From contig JBAZZV010000004.1 of NCBI GenBank assembly GCA_041658645.1, positions 112,552 through 176,551 on the forward strand: a stretch of 64,000 nt of DNA, given 5' to 3'. The notes beneath the pieces were generated by a model, which worked only from the letters and a program-made list of their open reading frames with translations, had not been told where the DNA came from and ran no database searches. Numbering within the stretch: the first letter of the stretch is position 1; every line of letters starts with the position of its first letter. Made by a program: the position numbers and the translations under genes. Of this stretch, positions 26,933 through 36,988 are shown piece by piece. This DNA is from Candidatus Margulisiibacteriota bacterium. GTDB lineage: Bacteria > Margulisbacteria > WOR-1 > O2-12-FULL-45-9 > XYB2-FULL-48-7.

Positions 26933-27657
26933 AACTGGTCGCCGATCTCCATGTCCACTCCGTCTCCTCGGGCCATGCTTATTCCACGCTAGAAGAATAC
27001 GTCACTCAAGCTAAAAAGATCGGCTTAAAGGGTTTTGCCCTGACCGATCACGGGCCGGCGATGCCTGGCGCCCCTCATTACTATCACTTTGCTAACATGA
27101 GGATGATTCCGCGGCTGATCAGAGGGGTCCGCGTGCTGCGCGGGATCGAAGCTAATATCATTAATGACCAGGGAGAGATCGATATCAAGCCGGTCGATAT
27201 AAAATGGGGAGAATTGGACATAGTTATTGTCGCGATGCATCCGCGTTGCGGTTACGAGAACCAGGGCGAGGCGAAGAACACTGCGGTCATGGTCCGGGCG
27301 ATCCAAAACCCGGTGATCAACATTATTGCCCACCTGGATAATCCGCAATTCCCGGTCAATATCAAGGAAGTTGTCGCCGCCGCTAAGGAAAGAAAAGTTG
27401 TCCCAGAATTGAATAACAGTTCGCCGCTTTCCCGCCCCGGCAGTGAAGCCATGGCCCTCGAACTGGTGAATGCGGTCAAAGCGGTTGATTGGCAGTTGGT
27501 GCTGGGGACCGACTCGCACATCGCTTCGATGTTGGGGGATTTTACCATTGCCAAGAAACTCCTCAAAAAAGTCGGCCTAAAGGAAAAGAATGTCGTTAAT
27601 ACCTCATGGGCAAAAATAGAAAAATATCTCCTTTCCAGAAAAAAGTTTACCGGGTAG
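26929..27657 (+). CDS. PHP-domain metal-dependent phosphatase (YcdX-like)
   Basis: 242 aa with [21 protein letters not shown], and later His/Asp motifs (AHLDNP, GTDSH). Confidence 0.8.
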   Translation: MKLVADLHVHSVSSGHAYSTLEEYVTQAKKIGLKGFALTDHGPAMPGAPHYYHFANMRMIPRLIRGVRVLRGIEANIINDQGEIDIKPVDIKWGELDIVIVAMHPRCGYENQGEAKNTAVMVRAIQNPVINIIAHLDNPQFPVNIKEVVAAAKERKVVPELNNSSPLSRPGSEAMALELVNAVKAVDWQLVLGTDSHIASMLGDFTIAKKLLKKVGLKEKNVVNTSWAKIEKYLLSRKKFTG

Positions 27658-27878
27658 TCAAAAAGATCCCGCGCGGTGAGGTCAGGACCTACGGTTGGGT
27701 GGCGCGGCAGATCGGCCAACCCGGCGCGGCCCGGGCGGTCGGTAACGCCTTGAACAAAAATCCTTTTGCGCCGATCGTCCCTTGCCATCGGGTCGTGGCC
27801 AAAAATGGCCCGGGGGGATTTGCCTGGGGGGCCAAGGCCAAGGTACAATTGTTACGAAGTGAGGGTTATAAATGCTAG
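27606..27878 (+). CDS. Minimal methylated-DNA--protein-cysteine methyltransferase (C-terminal domain only)
   Basis: 90 aa with PCHRVV active site and a helix-turn-helix ([10 protein letters not shown]...AARAVGNAL). It overlaps the PHP gene by 52 nt. Confidence 0.8.
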   Translation: MGKNRKISPFQKKVYRVVKKIPRGEVRTYGWVARQIGQPGAARAVGNALNKNPFAPIVPCHRVVAKNGPGGFAWGAKAKVQLLRSEGYKC

Positions 27879-28651
27879 CTAAAAGAATAATTCCTTGTCT
27901 CGATGTGACCGCAGGCCGGGTCGTCAAAGGGGTCAAATTCGTCGACCTGATCGATGCCGGCGATCCGGTCGAACAAGCCATCTTTTACGACAAAGCAGGG
28001 GCCGATGAGCTCGTTTTCCTCGATATCACCGCTTCGTCCGACAAACGCTACATCATGCTCGAGGTCGTCCGCCGCGTAGCGGAGAAGGTCTTTATTCCGT
28101 TCACCGTCGGCGGCGGGATCAACGATCTGGAAACGATGCGTGAGATACTGTCCGGCGGTGCCGATAAGGTCTCGGTCAATACTGCGGCGATCAAAGACCC
28201 CAGCCTGATCACCCGGGGGGCGGAGAAATTCGGCAGTCAGTGTATCGTCGTTGCCATTGACGCCAAACGAATCACGAACCACGAACCACGAACCACGACG
28301 CCGAAATGGGAAGTATATACGCATGGGGGGAGGACGGCGACGGGGCTGGATGCGGTAGAGTGGGCGAAGAAGGCGGAAAAATTGGGCGCTGGAGAGATCC
28401 TTCTGACCAGCATGGATTGCGACGGGACCAAGAATGGCTACGATCTGGAACTTACTCGGGCGATCGCTGACGCGGTCAACATACCGGTCATCGCCTCCGG
28501 CGGGGCCGGGACAAAAGAACACATCTATGAGGCATTTTCGCGCGGGAGCGCTGACGCGGCCTTGCTCGCTTCGCTCCTCCATTTCCGCGAACTGACGATC
28601 AGGGAGATCAAGGACCATCTGGAAGCGAAAGGAATTACCGTAAGACGGTAA
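27872..28651 (+). CDS. hisF: Imidazole glycerol phosphate synthase cyclase subunit
   Basis: 259 aa and collinear with HisF throughout ([51 protein letters not shown]). Confidence 0.96.
   Translation: MLAKRIIPCLDVTAGRVVKGVKFVDLIDAGDPVEQAIFYDKAGADELVFLDITASSDKRYIMLEVVRRVAEKVFIPFTVGGGINDLETMREILSGGADKVSVNTAAIKDPSLITRGAEKFGSQCIVVAIDAKRITNHEPRTTTPKWEVYTHGGRTATGLDAVEWAKKAEKLGAGEILLTSMDCDGTKNGYDLELTRAIADAVNIPVIASGGAGTKEHIYEAFSRGSADAALLASLLHFRELTIREIKDHLEAKGITVRR
28266..28300. repeat. (CACGAAC)n heptamer array in frame in hisF
   Basis: Units are AACGAAT CACGAAC CACGAAC CACGAAC CACGACG. It contains the same 23-mer as thyX 11353..11375 and encodes [10 protein letters not shown]. Confidence 0.9.
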
Positions 28652-28676
28652 TGACTAATGTCTAATGACTAATGAC
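28649..28676. repeat. (TAATGAC)x4 heptamer array spanning the hisF stop and the polyprenyl synthase start
   Basis: Units are TAATGAC TAATGTC TAATGAC TAATGAC. The first TAA is the hisF stop, and the ATG at 28665 is inside unit 3. Confidence 0.9.
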
Positions 28677-29480
28677 GAATTAAGGAATATTAATCGAGAA
28701 TTAAACCGGATTCTCCCAAGAAAAGGGAAGCTGGCGAAGGCGATGCGGTATTCGGTCCTGGCCGGGGGGAAAAGGTTCCGGCCGCAACTTTGCCTGCTGA
28801 CCGCTAAAGTGCTTGGTGGTCGGCCGAAAAAAGTTTTGCCGTTCGCCTGCGCAGTAGAGATGATCCATACTTTTACGCTGGTCCATGACGACCTGCCGGC
28901 TATGGACAACTCGGACCTGCGCCGCGGCCAGCCGACCTGCCATAAAGCCTTTGGCGAAGGGGTGGCGATCCTGGCCGGAGACGCGCTCAGTACGCTGGCT
29001 TTTAAACTGATCGCCCGATATCCGACGGCGGTTGAAGAGCTGTCCAGGGCCTTGCTTGAAGTGGTCGAGGGACAGGTGGCCGATCTCGAATCGGCCAACC
29101 GGCAGCCGACGCTGGCCGAGTTGCGCCATATCCACGGCTGGAAAACAGCGGCCCTCCTCAAGGCGTGCGTCAGAGGGACGGCCAAGATCTGCGGCGCGAC
29201 GCCGGGTGAGATCCGGGCGCTAACCGCCTATGCCAAACATCTCGGGCTCGCTTTTCAGATCGCCGATGATATACTTGATGCCACGGCGAGCGAAGCGGAG
29301 CTGGGGAAGCCGGTCCGGGCGGACGAGAAGAAAGGTTATGTTTACCTGGTCGGACTCGACCGTTCCCGGCGGATGGCCGCTACGGAGAAAGATCAAGCCA
29401 TCAAGGCTTTAAGAATTTTTCGTGGCAAAGCAGCGCCGTTGGTCGAATTGGCGGAGTTTGTTCTGATCAGGAAGAAATAG
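28665..29480 (+). CDS. Polyprenyl (farnesyl/geranylgeranyl) diphosphate synthase
   Basis: 271 aa with GGKRFRP, the first DDxxD LVHDDLPAMDNSDLRRG and the second FQIADDILD. Confidence 0.9.
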   Translation: MTNDELRNINRELNRILPRKGKLAKAMRYSVLAGGKRFRPQLCLLTAKVLGGRPKKVLPFACAVEMIHTFTLVHDDLPAMDNSDLRRGQPTCHKAFGEGVAILAGDALSTLAFKLIARYPTAVEELSRALLEVVEGQVADLESANRQPTLAELRHIHGWKTAALLKACVRGTAKICGATPGEIRALTAYAKHLGLAFQIADDILDATASEAELGKPVRADEKKGYVYLVGLDRSRRMAATEKDQAIKALRIFRGKAAPLVELAEFVLIRKK

Positions 29481-29489
29481 GGAGACCAG

Positions 29490-29650
29490 CAGCCCTCATC
29501 TAGACTCGTTGAGGATTAAGACCTTCTCCCAGGGGGAGAAGGGTTTTAAATAAAATATTGAAAGAAGTATCCGATAGGTTTGAAAAGATAATCGAAAATC
29601 CCTCTCCCTCTGGGAGAGGGGGGATACTATGCGTCAGCGGGTGAGGGCTG
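29490..29650. repeat. Full nested-palindrome element (161 nt)
   Basis: It has arms CAGCCCTCA / TGAGGGCTG and inner hairpins CCTTCTCCC/GGGAGAAGG and CCCTCTCCC/GGGAGAGGG, with an AT-rich centre. Confidence 0.85.
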
Positions 29651-29656
29651 TAAATT

Positions 29657-31072
29657 ATGTTCTATCCAAACATTAACGAATTTAAGAAGTTAGCCCGAAA
29701 AGGGAACCTCGTGCCGGTCTACAAGGAGATCGTCGCCGACTTGGAGACGCCGGTCTCGGCCTTCAAGAAGATCGAAGGGGAGTATTCTTTCCTCCTCGAA
29801 TCGATCGAAGGGGGGGAGAAGATCGCCCGTTATTCCTTTTTAGGGACCTGTGCAAAAAAGCAATTACTGACTTTTAGTTCCCTGGAAGAAGTTCGCGCGG
29901 CTTTGAAAAAGTATCGTCCGGTCGAGACGAAAGGCTTGCCGCGCTTCACCGGCGGCCTGGTCGGTTATATCAGCTACGATGCCGTCCGGGAGATCGAGCG
30001 GCTTCCCGATAAGAACTTAGACGATCTGAAAATGCCCCAACTCCAGTTCCTGCTGGCCGACGCTTTTCTCGCGTTCGACCACGTCAAACATAAGATCCTG
30101 ATCATTGCCAATGCCCACATTACCGGCGGTTCCGATGAGGCTTATCGCTTGGCCTGCGCCAGGATAGCGGGGCTGGAGCGGAAGCTCAAACGGAAATTAT
30201 CCGGGACCAAGGATGAGCTGGAGGTTCCCGCCCATTCAGAGCTGAAAGCGCCGGCCAGCTCTAACCTGACCCGGGGAGAATACGAAGCGATGGTCCGGCG
30301 GGCCAAAGAATATATCCGGGCCGGCGATATCATCCAGGTAGTTCTCTCACAGCGTCTGGAGATCAAATGTCCGGCCGACTCGCTCAATGTCTATCGAATT
30401 TTACGGATGATCAACCCGTCGCCTTACATGTACTACCTTAAATTGGGGAAGACGAGGATCATCGGTTCCTCTCCGGAAGTAATGGTTCGCTTGGAAAAAG
30501 GGGAGGCGACCTTGCGGCCGATCGCCGGAACGAAACCGCGCGGCCGGGACGAAGCCGAGGACCAGAAATTGGCCAGGGAACTGCTGGCCTCGGCAAAAGA
30601 ACGGGCCGAGCATATCATGCTGGTCGATCTAGGCCGGAACGACCTCGGCCGGGTCTGCGCTTACGGCAGCGTCAAAGTGACCGAAGAGATGTCGATCGAA
30701 AAATATTCTCACGTCATGCATATCGTCAGCAATGTCACCGGTCAGCTCCAGCCCGGGAAAGACGCGATCGACCTGGTCCGCGCCTGTTTTCCGGCGGGGA
30801 CCGTCTCCGGCGCCCCCAAGGTCCGGGCGATGGAGATCATCGACGAGCTGGAGAACCGGCGGCGCGGCCTCTACGCCGGCAGTGTCGGTTATTTCAGCTT
30901 TTCCGGCGACCTTGATTCAGGGATTGCTATCCGGACAATTTTAATACGTGACGGCCGGGCCTTTGTTCAGGCGGGAGCGGGGTTAGTGGCCGATTCCGTG
31001 CCGGCCGAGGAATATCAGGAAACATTGAATAAAGCCCGGGCGCTGCTGGCGGCCGTGGAACTGGCCGGATGA
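29657..31072 (+). CDS. trpE: Anthranilate synthase component I (or related chorismate-utilising PabB-type enzyme)
   Basis: 471 aa with LLESIEGGEK, SPYMYY, GSSPE, AGTKPRG, MLVDLGRND, HVMHIVS, GAPKVRAMEII and RGLYAGSVGY. Confidence 0.88.
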   Translation: MFYPNINEFKKLARKGNLVPVYKEIVADLETPVSAFKKIEGEYSFLLESIEGGEKIARYSFLGTCAKKQLLTFSSLEEVRAALKKYRPVETKGLPRFTGGLVGYISYDAVREIERLPDKNLDDLKMPQLQFLLADAFLAFDHVKHKILIIANAHITGGSDEAYRLACARIAGLERKLKRKLSGTKDELEVPAHSELKAPASSNLTRGEYEAMVRRAKEYIRAGDIIQVVLSQRLEIKCPADSLNVYRILRMINPSPYMYYLKLGKTRIIGSSPEVMVRLEKGEATLRPIAGTKPRGRDEAEDQKLARELLASAKERAEHIMLVDLGRNDLGRVCAYGSVKVTEEMSIEKYSHVMHIVSNVTGQLQPGKDAIDLVRACFPAGTVSGAPKVRAMEIIDELENRRRGLYAGSVGYFSFSGDLDSGIAIRTILIRDGRAFVQAGAGLVADSVPAEEYQETLNKARALLAAVELAG

Positions 31073-32307
31073 TCAATTTCCGGATGCTGAAGCTGTCGGA
31101 CCCCGCGGTCTGGCTGGCGGTCGGCGGTCTTCTGCTGTTCGGTTTCCTGGCGATCTTTAGCGCGACCTATCGCTTGCAGATCAAAATCGGGGCCGACCCT
31201 TTTACCTACGTTATCCGCCAATTTCTCGCTTTGCTTGTAGCCGGAGCGGGGATCTCTTTTTTTGCTTATCTCGACTACCGGCATTTGCAGAAGGCGGCGG
31301 CTGTTTTATACGGGCTGACGCTGGTCCTTCTTCTGGTGGTCTTGTTCGGCGGCGCGGCCGCCTCCGGCGCGCAGCGCTGGATCGCCCTGGGTCCGCTCTC
31401 TTTCCAGCCGTCAGAACTATCCAAGCTGACCCTCATCATTATCCTGGCCGCTTTCCTCGCCCAGCGCCAAAAAGTTTCCGGCCTCTGGGAGACAGGGATT
31501 ATGCTGGCGCTGGTCGGGCTCCCTTTTCTAATGATCTTTAAACAGCCTGACCTGGGGACGGCGCTGGTCTTTATCGCCATCTTTGTCGGTATGCTGGCTC
31601 AAGCGGAATCTTCGCCGCGCCTGTTGATCCTCCTGGTGACGCCGTTCCTTTCCGTTCTCCTGCGACCCATTCTGCCGCTCTGGCTGGCCTATCTGGCCGT
31701 GCTCGTCCTGGTCCTTTTTTTGACCAGGGCCGAGTGGCTGGACTGGCTCCTGGTCCTCGGGGTTAACATCGGGGTGGGAGTTGCGGTACCTTATATGTGG
31801 GCGATGCTCAAGGGATACCAACAAAACCGGATAATTGCCTTCCTTAACCCGGCGGCCGACCCTTATGGCGCCGGTTATCATACGATGCAGAGCAAGATAG
31901 CCATCGGCGGGGGCGGCTTGTTCGGCAAAGGGTTCCTGCACGGCTCGCAGACGCAATTGCAATTCATTCCCGAACAGCATTCCGACTTTATCTTCTCGGT
32001 GATCGGGGAGGAGTTTGGCTTGCTCGGTTCGCTCCTGGTCGTTGCCCTGTTCGGGGTGCTGATTTGGCGGGCGCTGGTCATCGCCGACGGGGCTCGCGAT
32101 CGTTTTGGGAAAATGCTGGCGAGCGGAGTGGCGGTCATGCTCGTCTTTCACGTCTTGGCTAACATCGGGATGGCCCTCGGCTTGCTGCCGGTAGTGGGGA
32201 TACCTTTGCCGCTGTTAAGCTACGGCGGCTCGTCGCTCTTCATGACCCTGGCCGCCCTCGGGATATTGCAGAGCGTGGCGATGCGCCGGCATAAGCTGAT
32301 ATTTTAG
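31069..32307 (+). CDS. rodA: SEDS-family peptidoglycan polymerase (RodA-like)
   Basis: 412 aa and polytopic, with SFQPSELSKL, KQPDLGTAL, PEQHSDFIFSVIGEEFGL and GIPLPLLSYGGSS. It lies outside the dcw cluster, so I call it RodA rather than FtsW. Confidence 0.85.
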   Translation: MINFRMLKLSDPAVWLAVGGLLLFGFLAIFSATYRLQIKIGADPFTYVIRQFLALLVAGAGISFFAYLDYRHLQKAAAVLYGLTLVLLLVVLFGGAAASGAQRWIALGPLSFQPSELSKLTLIIILAAFLAQRQKVSGLWETGIMLALVGLPFLMIFKQPDLGTALVFIAIFVGMLAQAESSPRLLILLVTPFLSVLLRPILPLWLAYLAVLVLVLFLTRAEWLDWLLVLGVNIGVGVAVPYMWAMLKGYQQNRIIAFLNPAADPYGAGYHTMQSKIAIGGGGLFGKGFLHGSQTQLQFIPEQHSDFIFSVIGEEFGLLGSLLVVALFGVLIWRALVIADGARDRFGKMLASGVAVMLVFHVLANIGMALGLLPVVGIPLPLLSYGGSSLFMTLAALGILQSVAMRRHKLIF

Positions 32308-32427
32308 CCCTCATCCGTGGCGTTGAGGATACGCACCTTCTCCCAGAGGGAGAAGGTGTTATGCAAGGCAACATACCCTCTCCCTTTGGGAGAGGGTGAG
32401 AGTGTTAAGGGAGTCGGGTGAGGGTTG
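32306..32427. repeat. Full nested-palindrome element (122 nt)
   Basis: Same architecture as 29490..29650. The left arm AGCCCTCA overlaps the rodA TAG stop. Confidence 0.85.
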
Positions 32428-32435
32428 GGTGATCC

Positions 32436-33638
32436 CTACAGCTTGAACTTGGCTTCGGTCACGCCGAGCGCCTCGAAGGTCTCCCGGCCGACGGAGACCA
32501 CGACCTTGCGGCAGGCGATCCACTCTTCTCCCCGTTTCATAAAGACATTCCCGGAGAGGGTCAGTAATTCCTGCCGCTCATCGTAGAAGGCAGTCTCGGA
32601 ACGGGCAGTCCGACCCTGTTGCTGTACCTCGACACTGCCGGTCGCGCGGGCGTCGCCCGTTTTGGTGGCAAAGAAGATCTCGTTTGCCAGGACGACAGTT
32701 TTGCCTTTTAAAATAGCCTGTTTGTCAGGACTGTTCAGCCTGGTCAGGGAGCCCGTCCGCAGAGCGGCCTCCGCTTTTTCCAGGATAGTTTTGGTCCGCC
32801 CGCTCAACGCCAGACGTTTCTGCCGGCGGGAGTAGGTTCCGGCGTCGGCGGCCGAAAGTTTTTTTCCCTGGGCGACCTCCAGGCTGCCGGCGAGGTTGAG
32901 GTCGCGATCGATATCGAGATAGAAGGTTGCCTGCCGGCATTTGATCCTGGTCTTCTGGGCGCTTTCTTTCAGGCTCATGTCGACCTGGCCAGTGGCGGTC
33001 ATTTGCTCGGCTTCCCCGAGATATTCGAGAGAATCGGCGTTGATCAAGCCGTCGCGGCGGTCAATTTTGACCCCGCTGGTCAGCAGGGCGCTCTTTTTCT
33101 CGTGGTCGATGGCCATGTTCCCTGCCCGGATCACTCCGTTGCGCTCGGTCAGGACGACATGGCCATCGAGCCAGCTCTTCTTTTCCGCCGGGACGAACTT
33201 AATATGGTCGGCGCGGATGCTGACCCATTTACTTTTATTCGGGTTGGACCGGCCGACCCGGCCGAGATCGAGCCGGGTGCGGGCGTCAAATGCCTCCACG
33301 ATCTCGCTGTGGCGGAAGGTCAGGCCGCGCGGCGCGGCCAAGTTGGCCAGGACCGGATGGCCCTCTTTGTCGTAAATGCGGCCGGCGGTGATCCCCTGCA
33401 GGGTGGTGACCTCCTGGGCCTTGTCGGTCCAGGCATAACCAACTTTAAGCTCCCAGAGCCTTTTTCCCTCACGCCGCCCTTCGATCCTGGTTTGCCGGAA
33501 CTCGGCTATCTTTTCGAGCTTAGTGTCGTTGAAGAAGGTCGTGTCGCGGGGGGAGATGAGAAAGTAAGCGACACCCAGGACCCCGAGGGAGAAAAGGGCG
33601 GCCAGGATGATCACTTTCCAGGAGGAGGACTCTTCCAT
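32436..33638 (-). CDS. N-terminally anchored LptC/LptA (OstA-like beta-jellyroll) repeat protein
   Basis: 400 aa with one N-terminal TM helix. Repeated beta-strand-rich segments follow the OstA-like pattern (e.g. GNVFMKRGEEWIACRKVV, GHVVLTERNGVIRAGNMAIDH). This is a pattern-level call only. Confidence 0.6.
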   Translation of the reverse strand: MEESSSWKVIILAALFSLGVLGVAYFLISPRDTTFFNDTKLEKIAEFRQTRIEGRREGKRLWELKVGYAWTDKAQEVTTLQGITAGRIYDKEGHPVLANLAAPRGLTFRHSEIVEAFDARTRLDLGRVGRSNPNKSKWVSIRADHIKFVPAEKKSWLDGHVVLTERNGVIRAGNMAIDHEKKSALLTSGVKIDRRDGLINADSLEYLGEAEQMTATGQVDMSLKESAQKTRIKCRQATFYLDIDRDLNLAGSLEVAQGKKLSAADAGTYSRRQKRLALSGRTKTILEKAEAALRTGSLTRLNSPDKQAILKGKTVVLANEIFFATKTGDARATGSVEVQQQGRTARSETAFYDERQELLTLSGNVFMKRGEEWIACRKVVVSVGRETFEALGVTEAKFKL

Positions 33639-33658
33639 GGCGAGGATTATAGCACGAG

Positions 33659-34766
<1,108 letters not shown>

Positions 34767-34776
34767 TCAGTCGATC

Positions 34777-35973
34777 ATGGCCAAACAGACAATCGAGGAT
34801 ATTAAAGAGTTAACGGGCCGGCGGGTGCTGGTTCGTGTTGACTTCAATGTCCCGCTGGATGAGAAACAGGCGATCGGAGATGATACCCGCATTCGGGCCG
34901 CCATTCCCACCATTAAATACCTGGCGGATAAAGGGAGCAAAGTTATCCTGGTCTCCCATCTGGGGAGGCCAAAAACCGGGCCGGAAGATAAACTGCGCCT
35001 GGCCCCTTGCGCCAAACGGCTCGGTGAGCTGCTGAAAAAAGAGATTAGTTACGTCAAGGATTGCCTCGGTCCGGAAGTGGAAGCGGCTGTCGGCAAAATG
35101 AAGGCCGGCGACATTCTCCTGCTGGAGAATGTCCGGTTTTACAAGGAAGAAGAGAATAATGATCCCGAATTCGCCAAAAAATTGGCCGCGCTAGCCGACG
35201 TCTATGTCAACGATGCTTTTGGCACGGCCCACCGCGCTCATGCCTCGACCGAAGGGGTGACCAAATACCTAAAAGGGTATGCCGGCTTCCTGATGGAGAA
35301 GGAGATCAAGTTCCTCGGGCAGTTGATGGTTAACCCGGCCCGGCCTTTTGTGGCTATCCTGGGTGGCGCCAAGATCTCCGGGAAGATCGAGGTCATCCAA
35401 AATCTAATGAAAAAAGTCGACGTTTTGATCATTGGCGGCGGGATGGCTTACACTTTTTTTAAAGCCCGCGGGGTAGAGGTCGGCAAGTCGATCGTCGAAG
35501 CGGATAAGGTCGGCCTGGCCAAAGAGATCCTAAAAACAGCGATCGACCGCGGCATTCCTTTCATGCTCCCGATCGACCACATTGTGGCCGACAAATTCGG
35601 CGCCAACGCCAACTCCCAGCACGTTACCCGGGCCGGGATACCGGCCGACTGGCAGGGGATGGACATCGGTCCGGAAACGATCACCAAGTTCGGCCACGCC
35701 ATCAAGAAAGCCAAGACGATCTTCTGGAACGGCCCGATGGGGGTCTTTGAATTTGATAAGTTTGCCCAGGGAACGCTTGAGATCGCCAAAATGGTCGCGG
35801 CGGCGACCGGCCAGGGGGCGATCTCCGTGATCGGCGGAGGGGATTCGGTCGCGGCAGTGGAAAAGGCCGGCCTGGCCGACCAGATGACCCACATCTCGAC
35901 CGGCGGCGGCGCCTCACTGGAATTTGTCGAAGGTAAGGTTCTTCCTGGAATTGCTTGTTTGCAAGATAAGTGA
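34777..35973 (+). CDS. pgk: Phosphoglycerate kinase
   Basis: 398 aa with [51 protein letters not shown] and GGGDS. Confidence 0.97.
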   Translation: MAKQTIEDIKELTGRRVLVRVDFNVPLDEKQAIGDDTRIRAAIPTIKYLADKGSKVILVSHLGRPKTGPEDKLRLAPCAKRLGELLKKEISYVKDCLGPEVEAAVGKMKAGDILLLENVRFYKEEENNDPEFAKKLAALADVYVNDAFGTAHRAHASTEGVTKYLKGYAGFLMEKEIKFLGQLMVNPARPFVAILGGAKISGKIEVIQNLMKKVDVLIIGGGMAYTFFKARGVEVGKSIVEADKVGLAKEILKTAIDRGIPFMLPIDHIVADKFGANANSQHVTRAGIPADWQGMDIGPETITKFGHAIKKAKTIFWNGPMGVFEFDKFAQGTLEIAKMVAAATGQGAISVIGGGDSVAAVEKAGLADQMTHISTGGGASLEFVEGKVLPGIACLQDK

Positions 35974-35976
35974 CGT

Positions 35977-36049
35977 GGGGCAGTAGCTCAGTTGGGAGAG
36001 CGCGGCGTTCGCAATGCCGAGGCCAGCGGTTCGATCCCGCTCTGCTCCA
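35977..36049 (+). tRNA. tRNA-Ala (anticodon CGC)
   Basis: The cloverleaf folds by hand. The acceptor is GGGGCAG/CTGCTCC with the G3:U70 Ala identity pair. The D arm is AGCTCAGTTGGGAGAGC, the anticodon loop is TTCGCAA, and the T arm is AGCGGTTCGATCCCGCT. The discriminator is A and no CCA is encoded. Confidence 0.93.
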
Positions 36050-36078
36050 TATCTAAAAATAAGAGGTAATTAATAATT

Positions 36079-36300
36079 ATGAAAATAATATTGATGCTGG
36101 CCCAGTTCCTGACCGCGGTTTTTCTGATCGGGGCTGTTCTGCTCCATGCGGCCAAAGGGGAGGGGTTAGGCGGCATCGGCGGTTCGGCGAAATTGTTCGG
36201 TAGTCCCAAAGGGATGGAAGAGGGGCTGGACCGGATAACCTGGGGTTTGGCGATTGCTTTCATGGCGATCTCATTGCTGCTGGCTATCATTAAAGCGTAA
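36079..36300 (+). CDS. secG: Preprotein translocase subunit SecG
   Basis: 73 aa with two TM helices flanking a Gly-rich loop (LLHAAKGEGLGGIGGSAKLFG). Confidence 0.85.
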   Translation: MKIILMLAQFLTAVFLIGAVLLHAAKGEGLGGIGGSAKLFGSPKGMEEGLDRITWGLAIAFMAISLLLAIIKA

Positions 36301-36315
36301 ACAGGAGGTCTTTAT

Positions 36316-36951
36316 ATGGATTCATTTAATCTGGCCTGGTCGCAGCTCTATCCGCTTCTGATCAACGTCAAGATCGCCCTCGTCATCGTCCTGGTCGGTT
36401 ATCTCCTGGCTCGCGGAATTAGCCTGGCCGTAACTTACCTGCTTAAGTTGGTCCAGCTCGACCGCTGGCTTAATCAGGTTGGTTTCAATTCTCTTCTGGA
36501 AAAAGGCGAGGTCCGGCGTTCCTTTTCGGAATTATGCGGTAACGCCCTCTACTGGTTGGTCATTTTCATTACGGTTATCGCTACAGCCAAATGGCTTGGC
36601 TTGATGATTGGTCCGGCATTGCGCGGTCTCTTGGCCTATTTCAGCCTGGTCATCATTGCCACTATGATCATGGGCTTTGGCCTCTTTTTCGCCGCGCTCT
36701 TTGCCGCGAGCATTAAACTGATCATGTTGAATTTAGGCATTGACGGCGGCAGGACCCTGGCCCGGGTCGTTTATTATCTTGTCATTACCGTCACCTTCAT
36801 CGTTGCCCTGGCCCAGCTCGGGGTGAGAGCGGACCTGCCGCGGATGGATGTAGTTATTGGTGCCGTTGGCCTGGCTGCGGCGATCGCTTTCGGCCTCGGT
36901 TGCAAGGACATGGCGGCCGATTTTCTGCACAACCTGTTCAAGGGCAAATAA
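36316..36951 (+). CDS. Polytopic membrane protein (possibly the conserved-TM-helix repeat family)
   Basis: 211 aa with 4-5 hydrophobic helices and an RBS AGGAGG upstream. No catalytic motif is visible. Confidence 0.65.
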   Translation: MDSFNLAWSQLYPLLINVKIALVIVLVGYLLARGISLAVTYLLKLVQLDRWLNQVGFNSLLEKGEVRRSFSELCGNALYWLVIFITVIATAKWLGLMIGPALRGLLAYFSLVIIATMIMGFGLFFAALFAASIKLIMLNLGIDGGRTLARVVYYLVITVTFIVALAQLGVRADLPRMDVVIGAVGLAAAIAFGLGCKDMAADFLHNLFKGK

Positions 36952-36988
36952 CAGTCCTGCGATAAGTTCGGGACAAGGAGGTGAATAA

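Noticed and set aside
27875-28618. 247-aa minus-strand ORF.
   Set aside because: It is exactly antisense to hisF, which is unambiguous.
29481-29656. Possible trp attenuator or leader peptide upstream of trpE (15-codon ORF at 29629).
   Set aside because: The short ORF (MRQRVRAVNYVLSKH) has no Trp codons. The hairpins belong to the dispersed nested-palindrome family, which also occurs downstream of rodA.
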